Shown here in pieces: positions 26,229 to 34,865 of a stretch of DNA of 64,000 bases. Source of the stretch: an uncultured Desulfobacteraceae bacterium (GTDB lineage Bacteria > Desulfobacterota > Desulfobacteria > Desulfobacterales > UBA2156); the NCBI GenBank assembly GCA_964596535.1, contig CAZQUR010000004.1, positions 33 to 64,032 on the forward strand, written 5' to 3'. The position numbers and the translations under genes are program-made. Under the pieces are notes generated by a model. It ran no database searches, had not been told where the DNA came from, and saw only the letters and a list, made by a program, of their open reading frames with translations. The first letter of the stretch is position 1, and every line of letters begins with the position of its first letter.

Positions 26229-28919
26229 TCAAGAAGTATCAGAGACCGGTTCAGAGGCGGTATCGGGATCCTCCAGCCAGCAAAGGTCCAGCTTCAGATC
26301 GTCCGGCTCGGCGCAGGTGGACAAAATCGTATGAATATCCGTTTTCAGTTTTGACCGGTAGTGCTCCACATGGTTCGCATTGGCCATGATCATGTCGAGC
26401 TGCCGGGTATGCAGCGTCAGGTATCCCAATGCCTCCAATCGCTTGAGAATGAAGGGCATGTCCTCGTTTTTCATCCTGGCGCTGAGGTGATCCTCCTTGA
26501 TGGCAACACGGAATCCGAGATCCTCCAGTATTTCGGCGATGAAATGCACCCGCATAATCCGTCGGTCAAAATCGGCCGCGCCTCCTTTGAATTGAAAGCT
26601 GATGTAGTTTTCCGACGCACGCTCGCCGACCAGGGTCTCCAGAGTCGAAAAATGGAATCCCAGGCGCGAGGTGAGACTGCAGAAGTTTTTTGAAATCATG
26701 AAATAGTTCCGTTCTGCGTATTTGGACCGCACCCCGGTGGCCAGAGAGGGATCGACGGTGGCCCGAAACATGACGGACATCATGCCTTTCCCATCGGGGG
26801 CGGGCGGTCCCTCCCAGGGAATGGCGGTAAATCCCCGCCACAGGGCCCGCATGGGGATCGAGACGATGTTTTCCAGCTTGACATATTTGCCTTTGATCTC
26901 CCGGTCGAACCCGTCATCCAGGTTCAAGATCCACCAATGCATGGGGACATTGTAATAAAGCTGTTTGCTGGAACGTTCGCTGAAATCGTGATCCCTGCCG
27001 AAGCGGAATATCTCCTGAACCGATTTTTCATGGATGAAGCGGGTGATATCATGAAATGTTTTGCAGTGTTCCGGATGAAATTCCGGTGCGTCGGGATCCA
27101 GAAGGTTCAACGGTACGATGTGGGCACTGACGGCCTTGAGGAGATTGTGGACCGGGCTGTTTTCCATCAGGTTTTTCCGGGATTGCTTGTGACCCAACAA
27201 TTTTTCGATTTTTCCGCGATACAGCACCCGGCCGGTGGCGTCCACCGTGGCGAATTCCCCCCGGCGCAACAGCGTTGAGGCCTCCGGGATCCCGAAGAGC
27301 GCCGGAACCTGGAACTCCCGGGCCACATTGGCAAGATGGCCGGCAAAGCCCCCCTTCTCCGAGACCACAGCGGCAGCCCGGCTCAGAAGAGGCGCCCACC
27401 GGGGAAGCGCCTGTTTCACCATCAAGATCGCACCCTCGGGGAAAGCCAGAAGGTCGCCTTCTTTTTCCACGGTGAATACTTCTCCGGAGGCGGCTCCCGG
27501 ACTCGCCGTCACTCCCCCCCGAACAACTACCGCGGCATCCGGAACGGCGGGCATGGATGGGGCAGGGGATATTTCCATTTCGTCAGCCACCTTCAGGGGG
27601 CGACACTGAAGTACATAGATAATGCCGGCGGCATCCACCCCCCATTCCACATCCTGGGGCGTCCCGTAGTACCTTTCCAACCGAATGGCGGTTTGAGCCA
27701 GGGTCTTGACGGTTTCATGGGATATTGCCGGAAGATCCCGGGTGTCCCCTGTAAGGTCCGTCCGGCACACGCCTTCTTCCGGATAACAGACAAACTTGCG
27801 TTCTTTTCTTTTAATTTCTTCGGCCACCACTTGTAAGGAGGTGCCGCGGGCCACGCGGTACTCGTCGCAGGCATCACTCCCGTCCACCACCGATTTGGGC
27901 AATCCCCAGGCCGCATTGATAATGACGGTATCGTCGCGAACGTTCACCGGACTGCGCGAATAGGTGACCCCTCCGGCCACGGCGTCCACCATCACCAGGC
28001 ACCCCACGCACATGGGGATGTCTTCGTCCCGGTAGCCCCGATTCAGCCGGTAGGTGACAGCCGGAAGGCTGTATTTGCTTGCAATCACGTCCCTGTAGGC
28101 ATCAAAAAAACCCTCTTTGCTGATGTTGAGTTCCGAACGGTATTGGCCCGCGAAGGAGCTTTCGGCCAGATCCTCCCCTACGGCGCTGCTGCGCAGTGCA
28201 ACGGTGATTGTTTTCCCCGCCCTTTCTTCCAGAAGCATCCAGGCCTCTTTCACCGCATTTTCTACATCCCCGGGGATTGGTGAACGAAGGATCAATTGTT
28301 GGATTTCGATACTCAAATTATACAGTCTTTCAAAATCTTCCGCATCCGCATCTGTGGATTGGATTCGGCGATCGATCTCTGCCTGAAGGTCGTTTTCCTC
28401 GATGAATCGTTGATATGCCGCCGCGGTGAGGGTAAAGCCGTCCGGAACGTTCATCTTCAGGCGTTTCCCGATCTCTCCCAGGTTGGCCATTTTGCTGCCC
28501 ACCACATCGACCATATCCTTGTCGATGTCTTCCATGAAAATCAGCAGCCGCTTGTCCGGCAGGGCTTTCTTTTCGGATAGAAGCGCTTCGATCTTTTTTT
28601 CGATTTCGTCAAAGCGTTGGAATAAAAGGGTGTACTTCTCCGGCGCCAGCCGGTTGATTTTGCGTACCATGCGGTAGACGTTCACCCCCACCGAGGTGCA
28701 GCGGGACCGGATGAAGGCCATGCCGAAGGGCTCCCGGCCGGAAAGAGCCCTTTCCATGTCCGCCATCATCTCAAGGGCGCGATTATTGGCGCTCAACAGC
28801 AGTTTAAAATTGTGATACCGCTCTTTGAAATCAAGGCGCAGTTTCTCGACGTCCTCGGGCGTAAGGGACCGGGACCTTCTTTTCAATTTATGACGGATTG
28901 TTTTCAGCAAACGCATCAT
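26229..28919 (-). CDS. PEP synthase/PPDK-family phosphotransferase-like protein (ATP-grasp + phosphohistidine swivel domain, non-canonical C-terminus)
   Basis: Motifs VGSKMANLGEIGK and VALRSSAVGEDLAESSFAGQYRS (PPDK_N-like); swivel-domain EKGGFAGHLANVAREFQVPALFG. I do not recognise the last ~330 aa as a PEP-binding TIM barrel. Confidence 0.8.
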   Translation of the reverse strand: MMRLLKTIRHKLKRRSRSLTPEDVEKLRLDFKERYHNFKLLLSANNRALEMMADMERALSGREPFGMAFIRSRCTSVGVNVYRMVRKINRLAPEKYTLLFQRFDEIEKKIEALLSEKKALPDKRLLIFMEDIDKDMVDVVGSKMANLGEIGKRLKMNVPDGFTLTAAAYQRFIEENDLQAEIDRRIQSTDADAEDFERLYNLSIEIQQLILRSPIPGDVENAVKEAWMLLEERAGKTITVALRSSAVGEDLAESSFAGQYRSELNISKEGFFDAYRDVIASKYSLPAVTYRLNRGYRDEDIPMCVGCLVMVDAVAGGVTYSRSPVNVRDDTVIINAAWGLPKSVVDGSDACDEYRVARGTSLQVVAEEIKRKERKFVCYPEEGVCRTDLTGDTRDLPAISHETVKTLAQTAIRLERYYGTPQDVEWGVDAAGIIYVLQCRPLKVADEMEISPAPSMPAVPDAAVVVRGGVTASPGAASGEVFTVEKEGDLLAFPEGAILMVKQALPRWAPLLSRAAAVVSEKGGFAGHLANVAREFQVPALFGIPEASTLLRRGEFATVDATGRVLYRGKIEKLLGHKQSRKNLMENSPVHNLLKAVSAHIVPLNLLDPDAPEFHPEHCKTFHDITRFIHEKSVQEIFRFGRDHDFSERSSKQLYYNVPMHWWILNLDDGFDREIKGKYVKLENIVSIPMRALWRGFTAIPWEGPPAPDGKGMMSVMFRATVDPSLATGVRSKYAERNYFMISKNFCSLTSRLGFHFSTLETLVGERASENYISFQFKGGAADFDRRIMRVHFIAEILEDLGFRVAIKEDHLSARMKNEDMPFILKRLEALGYLTLHTRQLDMIMANANHVEHYRSKLKTDIHTILSTCAEPDDLKLDLCWLEDPDTASEPVSDTS

Positions 28920-28925
28920 TTAATG

Positions 28926-28964
28926 CAAAGGGCCGAACGCGCTCCCGGTGCATTCGGCCCTTTG
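28926..28964. other. strong hairpin (12-bp perfect stem, 15-nt loop) between two minus-strand genes
   Basis: CAAAGGGCCGAA (28926-37) pairs with TTCGGCCCTTTG (28953-64). On the minus strand it ends 6 nt before the ATG at 28919. There is no U-tract in that orientation. Confidence 0.4.
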
Positions 28965-29146
28965 TCCATTTCCATGCATTTTTTCCGGGTACGAAATCCG
29001 GCCCGCGCCCGATACAAGTAATGAAATAATGAATTCGGCGGAGCAAACGTACTCTTTTCCCCCGGATTTTTGCCGGTGAGCACCCGTCACCGGCATTGCC
29101 TCGGATGCCGCCATTCAGGGATCTCCCTTGCGGCAATGGCGCCGGA

Positions 29147-29833
29147 TCAGTGTTCCAGTTTCATTCCCCACCCTTCGAACATGAACATGATGGCAAATCC
29201 ATACCAAAGGGTGTATACCACGTAAAAAACGAGAGAAAAGATAACAATCCAGATTTTCTCTCCGATCTGCTTTGGCTCAACTTTGTAGTAATTATAGGCC
29301 GTTTCCACGGCTTTGGTCTTTATCAGGTCCACCACCTTGGCCGCCTTGAATTTCTCCTGAGCGGTCAGTGCCTTGTCTGCGGCGGAAAGGACGTTCCACC
29401 AGTGGTACAGAACCGCCCTTTCGTCCGTCCCGTATTTGGCTGCAATGGACTGACCGTCGTTGGCGTACATCTTGTCCGCATCCGAAAGGCAGTTTTCTAG
29501 GATCTCGGCCAGGTCCCCCTTCACCGTAACCGTTGTACCGGAGACCTGTGCCGTTGCACCCGCCTCGGTGAAAAGGGATACCGCCTGTTGGGCCATTTCT
29601 TCGTTTTTCAGCGAAAGAGCCGCCTCCAGGACGGTCCCTTTCATTTTTGCCGATTCTTCTTTTGCATACGGGACATAGTACGCCGATCCTTTGGAAATGG
29701 TATTGTACAGATCATCCAAATACACCATCCCGTTTTTACCGTCGAATATGGGAGAAAAGAAAATGATCAGGACAATGAAAAAAGCCGCCAAAAGACCGAG
29801 GCCCAGGGTGAATTCCCCTTTTTTTGCGATCAT
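29147..29833 (-). CDS. hypothetical membrane protein (1 N-terminal + 2 C-terminal TM segments, ~170-aa soluble middle)
   Basis: Start ATG 29833 overlaps the stop of the TSUP gene (ATGA). The longer ORF to 30352 overlaps that gene and has an Arg/Gly/His-rich shadow-like N-terminus. No family recognised. Confidence 0.6.
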   Translation of the reverse strand: MIAKKGEFTLGLGLLAAFFIVLIIFFSPIFDGKNGMVYLDDLYNTISKGSAYYVPYAKEESAKMKGTVLEAALSLKNEEMAQQAVSLFTEAGATAQVSGTTVTVKGDLAEILENCLSDADKMYANDGQSIAAKYGTDERAVLYHWWNVLSAADKALTAQEKFKAAKVVDLIKTKAVETAYNYYKVEPKQIGEKIWIVIFSLVFYVVYTLWYGFAIMFMFEGWGMKLEH

Positions 29834-31128
29834 GTGTGCACCTCCCCTTTCAGCTTGCGGATGTTGGTGAGAAACGTACCGATGACCCAGACCGAGAATC
29901 CGCCGATAACGATGAAAAAGGCCCAGATGCCGATGGTGTTCAGGATGTCTCCGGCCCTCTTGGATAGCGGTATCACATCCATGGCCGCCAGTTTCGACGG
30001 CAGCGCAAAGAGCCGGTTCACCGCCCCGGCCATGACCGCCATGGCGTAAAAGCCCCGGATGGTGATGCCGGGGACCACCTTGGTGGCCATGGCGCCGATC
30101 TGAATCCCCAGAAGCGACCCGAGTAACATCCCCATGGCAAGGGTATAAAAGATGAACCCGTAAATGGCGTACTGGCTGATGGCGGCGTACCCCGCCGTAA
30201 ATACGATCTGGAAGATGTCGGTGCCCACGGTGGTCATGGATGACACGCCCAGGACGTACACGAAGATGGGGAAGGTTAAAAACCCTCCGCCGACGCCCAT
30301 GATTCCGGCGGCCAATCCCACCAGGGCGCCGCTGGCCACTAGAAACAGCCACGAGATGTTGCGGCCGCCGGGTACCAGTTCCTGGTCGAATTTCACCATG
30401 GGCGGGAGTTTCACGGCCTGCAGCTTCCTGGGAAGGTTCCCCATCTCCGCCCCTTCTTCCTTTTTCCCGTGCGCCGTTGTCCCCTTGGGCGCCGTCTTCT
30501 TCAACGCGGCTTGCGACTTTAAAAAGTCGGTCAGGGCATAGATTCCAAGAAAAGTGAGCATCAGGGAATAAATCACGGTGATGAAGGCGTCGGAAAGGAT
30601 GGGATTGATTTCATACAAGGTCCGGTTAAGAATCCCTCCCAGAGTCGCACCGATGATGGCGCCGATTAAAAAGACCGCGGCCAGCGCCACCGAAACGTTT
30701 CCCAGTTTCCGGTGAATCACGCTCCCCATAATGGCCTTGGCAAAGATGTGAAACAGATCCGTCCCTACGGCCAGAATCCCTTTGATTCCCGCACTCATTA
30801 ACGCCGGCGCGATGATGAATCCGCCTCCGGCACCGATGCACCCGGTGATCAGCCCCGCCCCCATGCCGATGGCGATGGAAACAAGAAAGATCCCGGTGCT
30901 GTAAAAAGCGGGGCTGTAAGCTTTTTTCCCGCCCAAAAGATCGGGGAGCGCACCCACGATTTCATCGGCAAAGACGATTCCTCCCAAAAGAACCGGCGTC
31001 GTCAGCAGAGCCAGGGCAAGAAGGCGTTTCCGGCTGTTCAGGATGGTGGTGGATATGTTCAGCTCCCAGCGGGCATGCGCCTGGGCCCCCATCATGAAGA
31101 ATTGGCCTAAACGTCTTAAGCAGTTCAT
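29830..31128 (-). CDS. TSUP (TauE/SafE, DUF81) family anion permease, long form with central hydrophilic loop
   Basis: Duplicated motifs GAGGGFIIAPALM and GVGGGFLTFPIFV. Multiple TM segments. Lys-rich loop KKTAPKGTTAHGKKEEGAE between the halves. Confidence 0.8.
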   Translation of the reverse strand: MNCLRRLGQFFMMGAQAHARWELNISTTILNSRKRLLALALLTTPVLLGGIVFADEIVGALPDLLGGKKAYSPAFYSTGIFLVSIAIGMGAGLITGCIGAGGGFIIAPALMSAGIKGILAVGTDLFHIFAKAIMGSVIHRKLGNVSVALAAVFLIGAIIGATLGGILNRTLYEINPILSDAFITVIYSLMLTFLGIYALTDFLKSQAALKKTAPKGTTAHGKKEEGAEMGNLPRKLQAVKLPPMVKFDQELVPGGRNISWLFLVASGALVGLAAGIMGVGGGFLTFPIFVYVLGVSSMTTVGTDIFQIVFTAGYAAISQYAIYGFIFYTLAMGMLLGSLLGIQIGAMATKVVPGITIRGFYAMAVMAGAVNRLFALPSKLAAMDVIPLSKRAGDILNTIGIWAFFIVIGGFSVWVIGTFLTNIRKLKGEVHT

Positions 31129-31182
31129 GAATTATTGCTCCTTTTGATGATGTCTTTCTTCAACAGAATCGAGAACCGTCAA

Positions 31183-31617
31183 TCAGCGTTCACCAGCATC
31201 CGACTTTTCCATCACCTCCTTCAGACTTTGAATTTTCTTTTCCTGTATCTTTTTCTTTTCATTGGCATCCTGAAGCTTATAAAGGAGTTCATCGATATTG
31301 ATGGGCTTCATGAGATAGTCGAAAGCGCCCAGTTCCAGTCCCTCCCGGGCCACGGCGAGGGAGGCATGGCCGGTGAGGAGGACCACTTCCACCAGGGGAA
31401 AATTGTTCTTGATAGCGCGCAGGGTTTCAATTCCGTCCATACCGGGCATACGGACGTCCAGCACCACAACATCGGCATTGTTTTGAGACAAATGCTCCAA
31501 CGCTTTTGCACCACTGGAAACACCGGAGGCCTCCACGTCCCGGCGGCGCATCCGCTTGACCAGGGTTTCCATGAAATCGATTTCGTCATCGACGATCAAA
31601 ACGCTGAACGTGCCCAT
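31183..31617 (-). CDS. single-domain response regulator
   Basis: Motifs VLIVDDEIDF, VVLDVRMPGMDG, LLTGHAS, DYLMKPI. Paralogue of 23758-24114. Confidence 0.85.
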   Translation of the reverse strand: MGTFSVLIVDDEIDFMETLVKRMRRRDVEASGVSSGAKALEHLSQNNADVVVLDVRMPGMDGIETLRAIKNNFPLVEVVLLTGHASLAVAREGLELGAFDYLMKPINIDELLYKLQDANEKKKIQEKKIQSLKEVMEKSDAGER

Positions 31618-31899
31618 CCGCCCGATCTCCCTTCCGGCATGCCCCGCCTTCGGTTTCGGGGCCGTTGCCGCCGATCATAAAATAAAAAACAAAAAGATTA
31701 TTTAATACCTGCCTTTCGAAAGGGATTCAAGAACAATTTATTTCATATGAAATCACAAGAAAATTAGAGCACATGATTCGGACTCAAAGCGATTTGCTCG
31801 AAAAGGCCTTTTTACCGGAAGGCGAAGATAAAAAGAGGCATCATGGACGGCAAATCAGGGGCAGTCGCCCTCTTCAAGGAATGGTGAGCCGAGTCGGCC

Positions 31900-32811
31900 T
31901 CAGCGGGTTTGGATACGTCTCACCGCCCCGCTTTTCATGACCTGGCCCGGAAGGGGATGACCCACGATGGACTCCAGGCGCCGGGCCGCCGTGATGAGGG
32001 CTTCCAGGTCGATGCCGGTTTCAATCCCCATCCCTTCCAGCATGAAGACCGCGTCTTCGGTGGGGATGTTGCCGGCGGCCCGGGGAACGTAGGGGCACCC
32101 CCCGAGGCCGCCCAGGGCCGTGTCAAAGACGGTGACACCCGACAGGAGCGCGGCGAGGAGATTGGCCATGGCGGTCCCCCGGTTGTTGTGAAAGTGCAGG
32201 ATCAACTCGGTTTTAAAAACCCGTTCCTGGAATTGCTTCACCCGTTTTTCCACATGGACGGGAGTTGCCATACCCACCGTATCGGCGAGGATCACGGCAT
32301 CGGCGCCTTTTTTGACCAACGCGTCGGTGATCTTAAACACATCTTTTTCCGGGACGTCTCCCTGAAACGGGCATCCAAAAGACACGGCCACGGCGCCGGT
32401 GACCGGTACATGATATTGCCGTGCCGCCCGGAAGATGACATCGAGGTTTTTCAACGCGGCATCGATGCCGCACTTCATGTTGGCGCGGCTGTGGGCGTCC
32501 GTGGCGGAAACCACCGTGATCAGCCGCCGGGCCCCCGCCGAAAGGGCCCGCCGGGCCCCCTTTTCATTGAAGACCATGGCCGAAAGGAGGGTGTTTTTTC
32601 CGGACACCCGGGTCAGCACCTGGTCGGCATCCTGAAATTGGGGCAAGGCCTTGACGCTGGCAAAGGAGGTGGCCTCCACTTCCTGGACACCGGCGCCCAT
32701 GAGGGCTTCGATGATTTCAACCTTTTCCGCCAAGGGGATACGGCGTTTCAGGGACTGGAAGCCGTCCCTGGGGCCGACTTCCCGGATCTTGACGGAACCC
32801 GGTAATTTCAC
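31900..32811 (-). CDS. hydroxymethylglutaryl-CoA lyase
   Basis: 303 aa. Motifs IREVGPRDGFQS and ILHFHNNRGTAMANLLAAL are typical of the HMG-CoA lyase family. Confidence 0.85.
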   Translation of the reverse strand: MKLPGSVKIREVGPRDGFQSLKRRIPLAEKVEIIEALMGAGVQEVEATSFASVKALPQFQDADQVLTRVSGKNTLLSAMVFNEKGARRALSAGARRLITVVSATDAHSRANMKCGIDAALKNLDVIFRAARQYHVPVTGAVAVSFGCPFQGDVPEKDVFKITDALVKKGADAVILADTVGMATPVHVEKRVKQFQERVFKTELILHFHNNRGTAMANLLAALLSGVTVFDTALGGLGGCPYVPRAAGNIPTEDAVFMLEGMGIETGIDLEALITAARRLESIVGHPLPGQVMKSGAVRRIQTR

Positions 32812-32881
32812 GGCGCCGCGGCTCCGCTTCCATCCCGGCCCGTCTTCTTGGTGTTTGGAAGAAAATCGGATGCGCCGGGGG

Positions 32882-33379
32882 TCATTCCTTTTCCTTGGCC
32901 TTGGCGATATGCCCCATGAGGCCGCCGTCTTGAATGATGCGCTGCATAAAGGGCGGAATCGGTTTGGAGGAGAAAACTGCGCCCGTGGTCAGGTTCGTGA
33001 TTCTGCCCGATGACAGATCCGCTTCCACCGTGTCTCCTTCGGATACGCCCGCGACGGCGTCGCTGCTTTCCAGGATGGGCAGGCCCATGTTGAAGGCGTT
33101 GCGGTAGAAAATCCGGGCAAAACTTGCGGCGATGACGCAGGGGATGCCCCGGGCCTTGATGGCGATGGGGGCGTGTTCCCGGGAGGAACCGCATCCGAAA
33201 TTGGTTCCCGCCACGATGATGTCTCCGGGCCCGGCGTCAAAGACGAATCGGGAGTCTTCATCTTCCATGCAATGGGCCGCCAGTGCCTCCGGATCCGACT
33301 CATTGAGATACCGTGCGGGGATGATGGCGTCCGTGTCCACGTTGGCGCCGAACTTCCATGCTCTGCCCTGAAACCGCAT
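32882..33379 (-). CDS. 3-isopropylmalate/homoaconitate-type dehydratase small subunit (LeuD-like)
   Basis: 165 aa. Motifs GANVDTDAIIPARYL, NFGCGSSREHAPIAIK. Confidence 0.85.
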   Translation of the reverse strand: MRFQGRAWKFGANVDTDAIIPARYLNESDPEALAAHCMEDEDSRFVFDAGPGDIIVAGTNFGCGSSREHAPIAIKARGIPCVIAASFARIFYRNAFNMGLPILESSDAVAGVSEGDTVEADLSSGRITNLTTGAVFSSKPIPPFMQRIIQDGGLMGHIAKAKEKE

Positions 33380-33390
33380 CGACTATCCTC

Positions 33391-34662
33391 CTAATATTGA
33401 ACGCCAAGATCGTCCGGACCGGCGAGCCGCCCGAGTACCGCGGAGGCCGCGGCCACGGCCGGGTTGGAAAGATAGACTTCGCTTTTCCTGTGCCCCATGC
33501 GTCCCACGAAATTTCGGTTGGTGGTGGCCACCGCCCGTTCCCCCTCGGCCAAAATCCCCATGTATCCACCCAGGCAGGGGCCGCAGGTGGGGGGACTGAT
33601 GACCGCCCCGGCATCGAGAAAAACATCGAAAAGACCCTCTGCCAGGGCCTGTTTATAAATAGCGGGGGTGGCCGGGATGATGATAAGGCGCACACCCGGG
33701 GCCGCCTTTTGTCCCTTTAAGACTTTCGCCGCCGTCATTAAATCGGAAAGCCTGCCGTTGGTGCAGGAACCGATCACCGCCTGATCGATGGGGACCTCTC
33801 CCACCGCGCGGATCCCCCGAACATTTTCGGGAAGGTGCGGGAAGGCCACCTGGGGCTCGATGCCCGACACGTCGATCTCCACGATGTCTTTGTACGATGC
33901 GTCCGGATCGCTTTCATAAAAACGGTAGGACCGCTTGGCCCGTTGATGCACATACGCTTCAACAACGCCGTCGGGAATGAAAATGCCGTTTTTCGCCCCC
34001 GCCTCGATGGCCATGTTGGCCATGGTGAACCGTTCGTCCATGGACAGGGTGTCGACGGTTTCCCCGGTGAATTCCATGGCCTGATAGAGGGCGCCGTCCA
34101 CGCCGATCCTGCCGATGGTATACAGGATCAGATCCTTGCCGTCCACCCAGGGCCGGCGGCTTCCGGAATAGACGAATTTCACCGTTTCCGGAACCCTGAA
34201 CCACAGCCGGCCGGTGGCCATGACAGCGGCAAGGTCCGTGCTCCCGACGCCTGTGGCGAACGCGCCCAAGGCACCATAGGTGCAGGTGTGGCTGTCCGCG
34301 CCGATGACGAGATCCCCCGGCAGGACGATCCCCTGTTCCGGAAGCAACGCGTGTTCGATGCCGGCATTCCCGCCCTCGAAATAATGCGTCAAATCCTGTT
34401 CCCGGGCGAACCCGCGCATGAACGCACACTGCTGGGCGGACTTGATGTCCTTGTTGGGGGCGAAATGATCCGCCACCAGGACCACCCGGTTTTTATCAAA
34501 AACATTCTCCCGCCCGGTTTTGCGGAACTGTTCGATGGCAATGGGCGCGGTAATGTCGTTTCCCAGGGCCGTATCCACCCGGGCGTCGATGAGATCCCCG
34601 GGACGGACCGCCTCTTTTCCGGCATGGGCGGCCAATATTTTTTCAGTGATGGTCATCCCCAT
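33391..34662 (-). CDS. 3-isopropylmalate/homoaconitate-type dehydratase large subunit (LeuC-like aconitase-family)
   Basis: 423 aa. Motifs MTITEKILAAHAG, GADSHTCTYGALGAFATGVGSTD, GSCTNGRLSDL, CGPCLGG (Fe-S ligands). Confidence 0.9.
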   Translation of the reverse strand: MGMTITEKILAAHAGKEAVRPGDLIDARVDTALGNDITAPIAIEQFRKTGRENVFDKNRVVLVADHFAPNKDIKSAQQCAFMRGFAREQDLTHYFEGGNAGIEHALLPEQGIVLPGDLVIGADSHTCTYGALGAFATGVGSTDLAAVMATGRLWFRVPETVKFVYSGSRRPWVDGKDLILYTIGRIGVDGALYQAMEFTGETVDTLSMDERFTMANMAIEAGAKNGIFIPDGVVEAYVHQRAKRSYRFYESDPDASYKDIVEIDVSGIEPQVAFPHLPENVRGIRAVGEVPIDQAVIGSCTNGRLSDLMTAAKVLKGQKAAPGVRLIIIPATPAIYKQALAEGLFDVFLDAGAVISPPTCGPCLGGYMGILAEGERAVATTNRNFVGRMGHRKSEVYLSNPAVAAASAVLGRLAGPDDLGVQY

Positions 34663-34865
34663 CGCAGGTGATTCCTTTCCCCGATCCGATTGACGTATAA
34701 ATGTATATTGACATACTTTTAATTGTTGTCAAGGGCCTCTTGAACGCACAAAAAGCCGGAACCCCGCTATCTTTTCCCCGTCCATGGCGGGTGTCCATTG
34801 ACAAGGGACGCCGGTTTTTATATCCCTTTATACACCTTTTCACCCGAAACAAAAGGAGACGCTTC

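Noticed and set aside
26064-26231. The PpsA-like gene ends in TGA and the 70-aa ORF downstream (25851-26063) is in the same frame, so possible read-through or Sec was considered.
   Set aside because: An in-frame TAG at 26067-26069 separates them, and there is no domain continuity. A C-terminal Sec extension has no support.
29834-30352. Longer version of the membrane-protein ORF (29147-30352, 401 aa).
   Set aside because: The extra N-terminal 173 aa overlap the TSUP gene in another frame and are Arg/Gly/His-rich. The ATG at 29833 gives a clean ATGA coupling and a hydrophobic N-terminus.
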